Positions 25,801 to 38,136 are shown, numbered from the whole stretch's first letter. The stretch is 63,955 nucleotides of DNA, filler included, from Octopus bimaculoides (GCF_001194135.2; 7 parts of 7 records of this genome joined end to end with filler, not necessarily neighbours in it), one strand, 5' to 3'. Made by a program: numbers and translations. Notes: generated from the sequence alone by a model not told the origin.

Positions 25801-26623
25801 ATGTCTGCTATGGTTTCTACTGCTGGATGCCCTTCCTAACATTCTGATTTAAAATATAATCAACTTATGAAATGAGGTGATGCAGGAATAATATCACTTT
25901 ATGAGTGTGTTAACAGCATGCAAGTAGATGAAATATATATAATCCTTCATCAACAAACCAACTAGTTTATCATATATAAGATAAGACTTAGTCAATTAAT
26001 CCAAAAGAAATCATATGTTATGTATTTTGCATGTAGTGCATAACTTTATATGTGGTATGTAATAAACAGCATTGTATGTAGTGCAGAACTTTATATTTGG
26101 TATGGAATAAACTGTTTGTTTATAGAAAGGATTGTAACATCAATTTGACTTCTCTTTTCTTCACTTAAATTGAGTGTGTATGTTTGAGTGTGCTTGTGCA
26201 CGCGTATGTATGCACATGTGTGTATGTGTTTTGTGTTAAAAACAAAACTATGTTCCTCTATTGTACTTTTTATTAATGATTTCAAGTTTCTGTATACATT
26301 TTCTGAAATTTTTCTGTACCAACAAATTTCCTAGATCCACAATCAACATTTCTACACTGTCACTGTCTCATCATCAGTATATGAAATACATTTGACTTTT
26401 GTATCGCCATTTTTATAGTAATCAAATTTATGTAGACTTTACCACTAAAAAGGTTTTCCATGGACAGACAGCTGAACTAATTGACTAACCAACATACACA
26501 ATGAGACAGTGGAAATTAAAAATTATTCAAAGGATTTAAATTCAAAGAGATAGAATTAGATAGAAAAATGTAAATATAAAGAGTAATACATATAGAGAGA
26601 AAGAAATTACTAAAACCACCTAC

Positions 26624-26723
26624 CGGCAGTAACATCCATAAACATATTTTGAAAAGATTGATGATAGATACTGTTTGATGCTCTTAATATATCAGCCATT
26701 TTCTTCACTTTCGGTGTATTCAA
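26624..26723 (-). CDS. Next exon of the same axonemal dynein heavy chain, on the opposite strand
   Basis: On the minus strand: acceptor ttcttgtaattgtag, 100-bp exon (phase 0 in, phase 1 out), donor GTAGGT. Encodes LNTPKVKKMADILRASNSIYHQSFQNMFMDVTA, the segment that directly follows ...IYEQ in DNAH9/17 (L..PKV.K..EILE...S.Y...Q). Confidence 0.82.
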
Positions 26724-26905
26724 CTACAATTACAAGAATAGACAAATGTAGTTACTGATTTAAAGAGAAGCATCAATGTTCATTATCATATGATATTCAA
26801 TGTTTAGTAATTACAGTACAGAGTGTTTGTTTTAAACTATTACAAAATGGCTAAGTGGATAGCTTATGAAATTTTTATATTCAGAAGAATTTTTGTGATT
26901 CAGAA

Positions 26906-27275
26906 GAATAGGGTCCCCCGATCCCTTATCTGGTGGTCAATGAGGAAACTTGGGATAGAAGAATGGTTAGTGAGAGCTGTGCGAGCCATGTACAGAGATG
27001 CTGCCAGTAAGGTGAGGGTTGGAAATGAGTACAGCAATGAATTCCGGGTAGAGGTAGGGGTCCACCAAGGTTCCGTCCTCAGCCCCCTATTATTTACCAT
27101 AGTCCTCCAGGCAATCACAGAGGAGTTCAAGACAGGTTGCCCCTGGGAGCTCCTCTATGCTGATGACCTTGCCCTAATTGCGGAGTCACTATCAGAACTA
27201 GAGGAGAAGTTTCAGGTGTGGAAGCAAGGTCTAGAATTGAAGGGCCTTAGAGTCAACCTAGCTAAAACCAAAATC
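26906..27275 (+). mobile_element. 5'-truncated RTE LINE RT fragment
   Basis: RVPRSLIWWSMRKLG...GVHQGSVLSPLLF...WELLYADDLALIAES. Open reading, so a relatively young copy; ends at a linker gap. Confidence 0.88.
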
Positions 27276-27526
27276 NNNNNNNNNNNNNNNNNNNNNNNNN
27301 NNNNNNNNNNNNNNNNNNNTTAATTAATTAANNNNNNNNNNNNNNNNNNNNNNNNNNNNNNNNNNNNNNNNNNNNTATATACACCTATATGTATATACAT
27401 ACATATATACATATATATACATATATATATGTATATATATACACATATATACATACATATATATATATATATATATACACATATATACATACATATATAT
27501 ATATATATATACACATATATACATAC

Positions 27527-27561
<35 letters not shown>

Positions 27562-27835
27562 CATACATATAACTAATTTAGAGACAAACTCCCATTCCAC
27601 AACTCAGTCAACTAAGAACCCATCCAAAACCATGCTGTGAGGCATATACCATATCAATATTTATCTACGATTTTAATCTAAAATTTTAATAATATATATA
27701 TAATATATCATATAAAGAAACATTCATCATAAAAATATTAATTTAAAAATCAAAATTATAAATAGGACAGTAAAAATTAATATAATAATATAAAGTGTGA
27801 AAGTATAAATGTATAAAAGTCAGTGCTAGTACATA

Positions 27836-27950
27836 GACTACACGTGTTTCATGGCTGAAATAGGACTATATAAAATCATAAGCAAATTCTATCCAAGTTC
27901 ATTAGAATGGGGAAATGATTTTACTCCCAAAATCAGTCACTCTTCAGGTC
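27836..27950 (-). ncRNA. Type-I hammerhead ribozyme with an extended stem II in the 3' repeat of PLE4
   Basis: Minus strand: GAC-CUGAAGA-GUGACUGA...(about 75 nt)...UCAGCCAU-GAA-ACACGUGU-A-GUC. Stem I is GAC/GUC, stem III is an 8-nt palindrome, and the cleavage triplet is GUA. Same strand as the PLE4 ORF. Confidence 0.65.
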
Positions 27951-28128
27951 AAATTCCTAAAAAAACACCTAAAATTATTCAAGGAATAAACATAAACATG
28001 AGAAATAAAAATATATATAAAGAGACAAAACCTGTAAACTAACCCTACATTAATGGTATTAATATAATTATTAAGAGTTACAATCTAAAAATATTGAAAA
28101 AGAGTATTATAGTGAACAAGGTTAAAAC

Positions 28129-28993
28129 ATTATGGAAGAGGTAAATGATAGTAAAAAAATGTGTTAGTGTATAAAGTTAATAAAAGATGTATGTCAATAT
28201 TGTTTAGAAAATTAAAATTAGAAAACATGACTTATCTGCTGGCGAGTAACTGTAGATTAAACCAAAATGAGTGTACTATAGAATTTATACTAAAAGGTCA
28301 CGTGATAAATACGGCGTCTATTACACAGAGGTAAATGCGTATTATAATTACTAAAATAATAACGAAAATATCGAAAAAGAAAATCTACCTAAAATAAAAA
28401 GTTTATTGAAGATTAAATATACTAAAATACTTCAAACTCTTAGATTTACGCTGAATAATAACTATACCACATACAAAAATTATATATTACTTAAATAATG
28501 CTATGAAACATTGTAAAAGACAGCTCATATTATCGTTGAATACTTTATAGTCAAAGGTTAAATCATTATGGAAGAAGTAAATAATAGTAAAAAAAATGTG
28601 TTAGTGTATAAAGTTAATAAAAGACGTATGTCAATATTTAGAAAATTAAAATTAGAAAATATACCTTATCTGCCGGCGATTTACTGTAGATTAAACCAAA
28701 ATGAGTGTATTATAGAATTAATACTGAAAGGTCACGTGATAAAAATAGCGTCTATTACCCAGAGGTAAATGCATATTATAATTACTAAAATAATAACAAA
28801 AATATCAAAAAAGAAAATCTACCTAAAATAAAAAGTTTATTGAAGATTAAATATACTAAAATACTTAAAACTCTCAGATTTACGCCGAATAATAACTATA
28901 CCACATACGAAAATTATATATTACATAAATAATGCTATGAAACATTGTAAAAGACTGCTCATATTATTTTTGAATACTTTAAAGTCAAAGGTA
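28129..28993. repeat. Tandem duplication of a ~437-bp unit (two copies) in the PLE4 3' region
   Basis: 28129 attatggaagaggtaaat...gtcaaaggtt is repeated at 28566 attatggaagaagtaaat...gtcaaaggt, roughly 90% identical by eye. Confidence 0.9.
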
Positions 28994-31366
28994 GTTATAT
29001 GTTCTAATTTTGTATAATATTGTGATGATTAAAGTGTATTCTAAAGCTAATTTGATATATTTAACGCTACTGATCATAATTATAAGTTGGTACCTTATCC
29101 TAGGTTTAAATAAATAAATTAGTTACCTAAACTTATTATATAAATAATTTAATTTATGTCTGCATTTAATATTACGTTCATCGTGGGAGTTAATTTTTTA
29201 TTAGCTAATAATATCTCTTTAAATTTGTTAGTACATAGTAAGCAGAATTTATTCCCTATCCTATATGATTTAGCCTTGCAAACTATTTCCCATTTTAACT
29301 CGTATTCAATTCTTTTTGATTTAAGTTCTCAAATGTATTTACTAAGGCCCGTAGTGTTCATTAAATTTCTGTTCTTAAAAGAATTCATATGTTTGGCCAC
29401 CCAAGATTTAATTTTATTGGAAGTCGATCCAATGTAAGTAGTATTTATGTTATCATTATTACTACAGTTATTATCCTTCAAAATCACTATGCATTTATAT
29501 ACTATGTCCTCAACATTACATCTATTACTAAATTTACGTTCAGTCTTATCTCTACAATTACAATCAATTATATTTTGGACTCCAATGGAGGTATTACTTA
29601 ATTTATTATTGTAAAACTTATTTAATTTAAATTTATTAAAGGATGAAATGATGTTGTCAACATTATTAGTGGTAGAGTAACCAACTCCAAATTTATTGCT
29701 AGAAAATGTGTCCTTATATTTCTTGTTGTTTTTAATAAATATCTTAATTATATTTAAAATCTCTTTAATAATGTTAGTTTTTACCTATATCCCATAGGGA
29801 ATTATTAGCCATATTTTATTCTTATTATTATTATTACTATGAGGTTTTTTGTTCATATTACTACCTATCTCGGGCTTTAGATGATTCTGAATGCTGTGTT
29901 TATTATAATAGAAGGTGTATTCATCATTTAAATTATCTTTAAATAATAATTATATTTAGAATTGTTGAAAAATTTAATATTATTATTATTATATCCTGCC
30001 TTATGAAGCGCTTCTTTATAATATGGTGCATGTTTATTGAATATCTTATAGTTGGAAGAAAGTACTGAAATTCTTTTCCCTATATTATTTACTAACGCTT
30101 TCTTAATAGAAGGTGGATGGTTACTCTTAGCGTTAATATATTTCAGGTTTTCATTAATTTTATGGTAAGGTTGGGTTATACATGTTATTAAGTTAAAATT
30201 TACATCTAAGTAGTTGACATTGCTATATTCATTATAAATTGTAATCCTAAGCCCATTTCTTTTAAAGAAACTGTATATTTTCTTCTTATATATTTCTGAT
30301 GTTCTATTCGTGCTATTTTTCGTTATTAGCAGGAGGTCAACTCTGTATAATCCACCCTCCAATTTAAGATTTTCTAATTGGAGTTCTGCTAATAAATAAA
30401 TTCCTACTAGGTTTGTAACCTCAGCAGAATCTGGTGCTCCCATAGGGATATCAAAAAAATCCCTGGTATTTTTTCTAGCCCACAATTTATTATTGTACCT
30501 AATAAACGATTTTCTAGCCATTTTTACTACCTTAACTTCATTTTTAGTCATTCCCACCTTATTCATAGCATATATTAAGGCCTTATTAAGTACAATTTCA
30601 TTAATAGATGAATAATAATCCTCTATGTCTATTTGGATAAATTTGTAACTACTAGTCTTTAATATCTTTAAACCATTTTAAAGTATTATTTGTGCTAGTC
30701 CAGGGTTTCAGGTAATTTAGGTTATTTAGTTTATTAATATATTTGTCTAAAATTAACTTACTTAATTTCCCTAAATCCGAATTACTGGGACATATTAGTC
30801 TGACTTTAGGGTCAGAGTAGAAATTGTCTTTATGATCCTTTAAAGTTATCCTAAGGTGCATCGGTACATACGGTTCCGTTTTATTGTCTATCTCATATTT
30901 TTCCATGATTAACCTAGTGGCTTTATTAATATTATAAATGGTATCTTCCGGAACAATTTTATATTTTTTATTTATTTCCTTTTCTAAAAGTTTATCATAT
31001 AATTTTGTATCTAACTTATACAGGATGCCAGTTTTATCAGATTGTATGACTATTCCTTCGACATTACGCATTTCTTTTATTTTAATTCCTAAATTTCTTA
31101 AATACTCATTGTGTCTGTTTGAGTATTTTTTAAACTTAATGCTTTTAACCACCTTCCAAATTTTGTCTTCCAGAGACTGAATTTCCCTATCATATGGGGG
31201 TTCCCTTTTAGTTTTAAATTTAGAGCTTATGTAATTGGTATTCTCCACATCTTTAATGTTGGCAATGTTACAGTTTTTGTTCTTTATGTGGTATCAAAAT
31301 TTCATGCATATATTTTAGGAAGTTATTAAAAATTGAAACCCATTAGTGACTTTTGGGACATCCTGT

Positions 31367-31663
31367 CATCATCATCATCATCGTTTAATGTCCGCTTTCC
31401 ATGCTAGCATGGGTTGGACGATTTGACTGAGGACTGGTGAAACCAGATGGCTACACCAGGCTCCAATCTGATTTGGCAGAGTTTCTACAGCTGGATGCCC
31501 TTCCTAACGCCAACCACTCAGAGAGTGTAGTGGGTGCTTTTACGTGTCACCCGCACGAAGGCCATTCAGGTGGTACTGGCAACGGCCACGCTCAAAATGG
31601 TGTATTTTATGTGCCACCCGCACAAGAGCCAATCCAGGGGCACTGGCAACGATCTCTACGAAG
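31367..31663 (-). mobile_element. 3' UTR and (GAT)n tail of an RTE LINE at the 5' end of PLE4
   Basis: (cat)n-cgtttaatgtccgctttccatgc...ggatgcccttcctaacgccaaccac is homologous to 39661-39800 and antiparallel to 35290-35562. Confidence 0.75.
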
Positions 31664-33189
31664 NNNNNNNNNNNNNNNNNNNNNNNNNNNNNNNNNNNNN
31701 NNNNNNNNNNNNNNNNNNNNNNNNNNNNNNNNNNNNNNNNNNNNNNNNNNNNNNNNNNNNNNNNNNNNNNNNNNNNNNNNNNNNNNNNNNNNNNNNNNNN
31801 NNNNNNNNNNNNNNNNNNNNNNNNNNNNNNNNNNNNNNNNNNNNNNNNNNNNNNNNNNNNNNNNNNNNNNNNNNNNNNNNNNNNNNNNNNNNNNNNNNNN
31901 NNNNNNNNNNNNNNNNNNNNNNNNNNNNNNNNNNNNNNNNNNNNNNNNNNNNNNNNNNNNNNNNNNNNNNNNNNNNNNNNNNNNNNNNNNNNNNNNNNNN
32001 NNNNNNNNNNNNNNNNNNNNNNNNNNNNNNNNNNNNNNNNNNNNNNNNNNNNNNNNNNNNNNNNNNNNNNNNNNNNNNNNNNNNNNNNNNNNNNNNNNNN
32101 NNNNNNNNNNNNNNNNNNNNNNNNNNNNNNNNNNNNNNNNNNNNNNNNNNNNNNNNNNNNNNNNNNNNNNNNNNNNNNNNNNNNNNNNNNNNNNNNNNNN
32201 NNNNNNNNNNNNNNNNNNNNNNNNNNNNNNNNNNNNNNNNNNNNNNNNNNNNNNNNNNNNNNNNNNNNNNNNNNNNNNNNNNNNNNNNNNNNNNNNNNNN
32301 NNNNNNNNNNNNNAAGGGAAAAAGCAAACTCAACAGAAATTATTTAACCTGAGTTTCTGGTAGAATATTTCTTTTTTCTCGGTCCATCATAGGCACCGAT
32401 TCTAGCTGTAGAAATCTTGCCAAAACAGACACTAGAGCCCAGCACAGTGCTCTTTTGAAACTATCCAACCCATGCCAGCAAGGGAAACAGATGCTGAATG
32501 ATGATGATGGTGGTGGTGGTGTATGTATCTCCTAGTCTTGAGGAGCATCACTATCATACAAACAGTGTCATTTATTTCTAATATCCTGCAAGAATATGTC
32601 TGGCCATGGAAAAATATTACCTTACTTGAAAATGGAAACAAGTGTGGGTTGGTGACAGAAAAGGAATCTGGCTCTAGAAAATCGACCTCAATAAATTCTG
32701 TTCGACTCATACAAGTATAGAAAAGTGGATGTTAAAATGATGATAACGATGATGACATATATATAGTATAAAACCTAAGAGTCTTGTATACTAAGTCACT
32801 GCATCCCATTACACAGCATAAATAAACTGAAGCAATTAAATCATGAAAGACCATTTAATAAGATACAAATCTATTAAATTTCAGTGAAATTGTGTCAGTG
32901 ACCAGATCACAGTTGTGCTATAAAACTTTTGACATGAAATAAATTTAAATTCATGAGTTTGGATGAGATCGTATATCCTGAGGAGAATAAGGATTTAATT
33001 TTGGGGGTTTGTCTCTTCATATAATGGGGACAATATTTTCAGTAAGTCATATGCGAGGAGCAAGTGTTGTTGTAATAACAATAGTATAGAGTAACAACCA
33101 GAAAAAGAAATAAAGACAACATGGATATCAAACAGTTAAAACTGAAATAAAACTGTATTGGTAAACATAAATATCATTAATGTGATTAC

Positions 33190-33323
33190 CTTTCATTATA
33201 GAGCCAGGCCATGAATTTAGTTGTATTGAAGTATTCACTGGTTGCCTCCCAATCACCATCACCCCAAAGTATTTCTGGTTTATATTTTTTCACAAGTTCT
33301 GTTAATTCCGGCATTAATTTTTC
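33190..33323 (-). CDS. FUCA: Alpha-L-fucosidase internal exon containing the catalytic nucleophile motif
   Basis: Acceptor ccatttctag, donor GTAATC, 134 bp (phase 0 in, phase 2 out). Encodes [44 protein letters not shown] (cf. MPELY..V..YKP..IWSDG.W...YWNST.FL.WLYN). Phases chain correctly across all three FUCA exons. Confidence 0.95.
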
Positions 33324-33957
33324 CTAGAAATGGAAAGAAAAATTCATTGAACCCCATAAAATCCATGCAACATATGTTTTCAAGAAATCAATACTTCTAA
33401 ACTATTTGCCCTCATCTTTCATTTTTTTTTTTTTTGCATGTTTCAACCATGACATTATTAGTTTGATCTACATGTACCCTACTACTACTATTCACACATA
33501 CACACATGCTCCTAAATGTTTCAGCAAGGACTCTGAAATGGGAATTTTATGAAGACCTGGAAGAGTACTGGTTCACAAATCTACTTAAACTGCCATGATG
33601 GGAGATTTCAATGCAAAAGTAGGAAAAAGGAAACAAAGTGACAAATGTGCTCGAAAATTTATATCAGCTCCGCCCTAGTAAACAAATAATACATATTGCA
33701 GGATGTTTCTATCATAGTGCTATTCAACACCAGTAAGTGACTTTGCATATTATGAACAAAGATCATCATTGGTGAGATAAGGGAGAAAAATGCACTGCAT
33801 ATCTTAGGTCTTCAGTATGATGCTGTTACAGGATGCTATCATCTTGAAGGAATTGAAGACAATGACAATATGAAAAGCTACATGTGGAAAGAGGGAACTG
33901 TAAGCCCACAGAAGCTAAACAAAATGATCACAGAGAAAATAAGGAAAATGCCAGAGA

Positions 33958-35562
33958 AACAGAAGAGGTGCAGCAATATCAAAGGAAGGTTAACTAGGAA
34001 GTTAGTTTTTATATGTGGCAGATGTTCAGGTGCAATAAACACTGAAAATGTGCAGAAAACAACTTCTGTCACATTCCAGAGAGAAAAACTGGATGTAGTT
34101 GATAGCTTCCAATATCTGGGTGACCAAGTTAGTAGTGGGGGTGGGTGCAAGAATAGCCTGGGCAAAGTTCAGAGAGCTCTTACCTCTGCTGGTGACAAAG
34201 GGCCTCTCACTCAGAGTAAAAGGTAGATTGTATGATGCATGTGTATGAACAGCCATGCTACATGGCAGTGAAACATGGGTTGTAACTCTTGAGAACATGC
34301 GTAAGCTTGCAAGGAATGAAGCCAGTATGCTCCGATGGATGAGTAATGTCAGTGTGCATACCCAAAGAAGCATCAGTTGTGGTGTGCAAGAGAGACGATT
34401 GCGCTGGTATATATATATGTTTAAATACATATATATATATGTGTGTATGTGTCAGAGCTAGAGGAAAAACTTCAGGTGTGGAAGCAAAGGTTAGAACTGA
34501 AGGGCCTTAGAGTCACCCTACCAAAAACCTTAAGTCTTAATAAGTAGGAGGGCAGACAAACCACAAATCCCTTCAGGTAGATGGCCCTGCTCGATCTGTA
34601 GAAAAGGCATAGATAGAAACTCCATAAGATGTACTCAGTGTAAGCTATGGACATATAAGAGATGCAGCAATATCAATGGAAGGCTAACTGGGAAGATAGT
34701 TTTTGTGTGTGACAAATGCTCAGGAGCAATAAACACTGAAAATGTGCAGAGAACAGCTTCCATCACATTCCAGGGGGAAAAACTAGAAGTAGTTGATGTC
34801 TTCCGTTATCTAGGTGACCAAGTCAGGAACAGGGGTGGATGCTCTGAAAGTGTAGCTGCTAGAATAAGAATAGCCTGGGCAAAGTTCAGAGAGCTCCTAC
34901 CTCTACTAGTGACAAAGGGCCTCTCACTCAGACTAAAAGGTAGACTGTATGATGCATGTGTGTGAACAGCCATGCTACATGGCATTGAAACATGGGTTGT
35001 AACTCTTGAGGACATGCGTAAGCTTGCAAGGAATGAAGCCAGTATGCTCCGCTGGATGTGTAATGTCAGTGTGCATTACATGACAAAGTGTAAGTGCCCT
35101 GAGAGAAAAGTTGGACCTAAGAAGCATCAGATATGGTGTGCAAGAGAGACGACTGTGCTGCTATGGTCATGTGTTGCGAATGGATGAGGATAGTTGTGTG
35201 AAAAAGTGTCACAGCCTAGCAGTGGAGAGAACCTGTGGAAGAGGTAGACCCAAGAAGACCTGGGATGAAGTGGTGAAGCACAACCTCCAATGTTAAAAGC
35301 ACCATTCAAGCATGATCGTTGCTAGGGCTGCTGACTAGCTCCTGTGCCGGTGGGATGTAAAAAGCACCATTTAAGCATGATCATTGCCAGTGTTGCCCGA
35401 GTGGCTCCTGTGCCGGTGGCATGTAAAAAACACTATTCGAGCGTGGTGGTTGCCAGTGCAAGGAGAATAGGTATCAGGAAGGACATCTGACCATAGAATA
35501 TTGTTTCAACAAGTCTCATTCAATACATGCCTGCATGGACAAAAAATGAATGTGATGATGAT
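33958..35562 (+). mobile_element. Two tandem 5'-truncated RTE LINE pieces inside a FUCA intron; the second has a 3' UTR and (GAT)n tail
   Basis: The PHD/thumb region occurs twice (33958-34410 and 34452-35290): RCSNIKGRL, VVDSFQYLGD, MLHG.ETW. The 3' UTR has ~70-bp internal repeats (gctcctgtgccggtgg twice) and ends gtgatgatgat. Confidence 0.85.
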
Positions 35563-35714
35563 AAATTTGTGTGTATGTGCATATACATACAGACATATGA
35601 AATTACAAACACACACTTACACATGACAATGTCAACATTGTGATTAAAGATTGCTTATTTTTCTGTATATGTAAGTTTTCAGAATAATAATTCCTTGTTA
35701 AAAAAAAAACCAAC

Positions 35715-35842
35715 CTTTACATAATTCTGAGTTTTAAACTTATGTCTTTTATCTTCTAAATAATGAGGATTGAACCATTCATACAAGGAATGGTAAACAC
35801 CAAACTTTATCCCCTTTTCTCGTACAGCAGCTGCCAGTTCAC
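35715..35842 (-). CDS. FUCA: Alpha-L-fucosidase internal exon
   Basis: Acceptor ttttcctctcttag, donor GTTGGT, 128 bp (phase 1 in, phase 0 out). Encodes [43 protein letters not shown] (cf. FUCA1 [32 protein letters not shown]). Confidence 0.95.
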
Positions 35843-36070
35843 CTAAGAGAGGAAAACAAGAAAATTCTATTAACGACAAAAGAGAAGCATCTTGATTAAT
35901 TAATATAAAAAACCAAATATTTTAGCCTTAACAGAGGAATTTTCAGCAGGACTGGATATTTCTGAGTATTGCTCATTACATTGAATCTGTTCATGCAGAC
36001 CTTTGAATAATTAACTTCAGTAGAATACTTTTGTTTAAATATGCTAATTATTCATGTCTATTAACATCTA

Positions 36071-36215
36071 GTGAAGCACATAGCCTTGTGGTTAGTGTGT
36101 TTAGTTCATCAGTATAGGGATATAGATTCAATTCCTGGACTAAGAAGCTCATTGTGTCTCTGAGCAAGGCACTTCATTTTACATTGCTCCAGCTACTCAG
36201 CTTTAACGAGTAAAC
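36071..36215 (+). mobile_element. Degenerate SINE family B copy
   Basis: gtgaagcacatagccttgtggttag...agattcaattcctgg resembles the head of 53341. Confidence 0.55.
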
Positions 36216-38029
36216 AGCCCAGTCCTAGTGAAGCCTCTCTTCTTCTGGTTGAATGTTTTGCTTATGACTACATAGGAACTTAAAACAATTAATGAATGCA
36301 TGGTACATGTTATCAAGTCATACTCACACACACAGATGAGGACTTGATGTACTGTAAATAGTGACTATTTTAATAACTACAATGATGTCTATGATTCACT
36401 GAAGTGGTCTAATAAGAGTGGAATATTGAGACAACATTGTTCTTTCTTCCCTGCATAATTATTCATAATTTTTCATGTTCACTACATGAAATATAGTAAC
36501 ACTCACTACCAGAAAATTAGCCAAATGGTCAGCTGTTCATAATCTATGACAGCCACTACAAGTAATATGTTACCAAGGTATGTCATTCTTAGTAGTTGAT
36601 GCCATCGCAGCAGCACTGTTTGTTTTCTGTGGCATTGTAATTCACAGTAATACTGTGGAACCGATAAATGATTCTTTAATATATAAGTGTTCAATTTCAC
36701 ACATGCTGTAGGATAAGTGTCAGAATAACTACACAAGGCAGTAAGACTGCATGATGATTGACTTGAATCTTGTGAGCTTGTAGGGCTGGGTTCAGATCTT
36801 CTTATGTCACTCATCTTCAACCTAGAACTGATCTGAGTATTTGGAAGGCACTCCCTCCAAATAAGATCTAATGTTTTCCCTTCCCAGATCATAAACAATA
36901 ATCAACAGATCACAAATTTTTCTATACGAATAATGCTGCTCCTGGATAGGAGACAGTTACTTAAAATGTCTATTTACAGCCAGGTAGGCTGATCCAATGA
37001 AAGCTAGATATTTGGGCCATGGAAAAAAATGTAATATAAATATTGGAGATCAACCAATACTACTTTAGATAGGAGCTATTAACATTACCAAAATATAAGT
37101 TATAGATGAACTCTGATATGTAACTTTTTATCCAGAAAACAAACACTAGTAGCTGATATTTATTCTTTTTTTATTAAGTTGGTTCAGAGCAGAAGCCATT
37201 GCAGTAATGATAGAAGGGATACATCACATCTATAAGTTCAATTATAGTTGTGGGAACATCACATCTATCGGTTTAATTATCGTTGTTGTGTGCTGGTGAC
37301 TGAATTTTTGAATATCTAATCAGATGGTCTTTCTTTGGATGCCTATATTCATAGAAACAATACCATGCAGATAAATAGGCATTACCCTAATGAGCATACA
37401 CCTCATGTTTTATAGGGAGTCAACAACAAATCAAGATTTAAGTATTTTCTGGTCCTTAAGAAGAAGCTTAGCTTTTGAAATGTAGCTTTCACAAAGTTAT
37501 AGATCTGTGCTCTCAAAAGACCATCAGATATTATGAAGTCTGACATTTTTAGTGAGGCAGTCCTATATTTTAGAAAATTTGGTCACTTGCCTCAACTTTT
37601 CAGATTTTCATGTTACTCAAGGGTTAAAGCCATATGTCGTTCATAACAAGGGATGGTATTAATATCCTAAGTTTATTGTCTTGATATGTGTAATGACTGA
37701 GATTAGCTGGTCAATAAAGACATTAAGTCAGACCAGTAAAACAACCCAAGTGTCTGACAACAATTATTGTTCAAGATGGACAGATTTTTTATATCTAATT
37801 GGGTATTATGTTTCTTGACTAATGTTATGTTTATGAAGAAAGAAAATAAAGTGGGAAAAGGAAAATGAAGAAAGAAAGGAAAAGAGAGATACAGAGAGAA
37901 AGAAAGAGAGAAAGAACAAGAGAGAGAGAGAAAGGTATAGGTGGAGAATGCAAACAAAACAAGAAATGCTGAAATTTTGTTTGCAAATGAGACAGAAATC
38001 TTACATTCAGAAGACAAAGATATAATTAC

Positions 38030-38136
38030 CTAAGAGATCTCGATGTGGACCAACATCTTCTGAATTCCAATTCCATGAATGTTCCGAACCCCATAGAGTA
38101 TAGCCTTCATGGTGCTTTGATGTCAAAACAACATAC
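38030..38136 (-). CDS. FUCA: Alpha-L-fucosidase (GH29, FUCA1/FUCA2-like) internal exon
   Basis: Acceptor ttctataaag, donor GTAATT, 107 bp (phase 2 in, phase 1 out). Encodes [35 protein letters not shown], with the GH29 hallmark KHHEG and W.WN..DVGP.RDL. Not in the ORF track. Confidence 0.95.

Larger units (their letters stand above)
27600..31260 (-). mobile_element. Penelope-like element 4 (very AT-rich; RT plus C-terminal GIY-YIG; possibly Hydra/Nematis-type clade) with 3' terminal repeats
   Basis: Minus-strand ORF pieces: IQSDKTGILYKLD; ITLKDHKDNFYSDPKVRLICPSNSDLGKLSK; FFDIPMGAPDSAEVTNLVGIYLL; GLYRVD (YRDD decayed); YINAKSNHPPSI. At 29575-29150: CNCRDK...IVYKC...TYIGSTSN...LSKYI*ELK...WEIV...FCLLC...CRHK. 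Confidence 0.88.

Noticed and set aside
28129-28993. Direct repeats as a CRISPR array
   Set aside because: Two 437-bp contiguous units with no spacers, in a eukaryotic retroelement context.
32432-32720. ORFs just downstream of the last FUCA exon as the next FUCA exon
   Set aside because: No NDRWG or KWE motifs in any frame I read; the flanks are RTE 3' tails. The real exon may be in the gap at 31664-32313.
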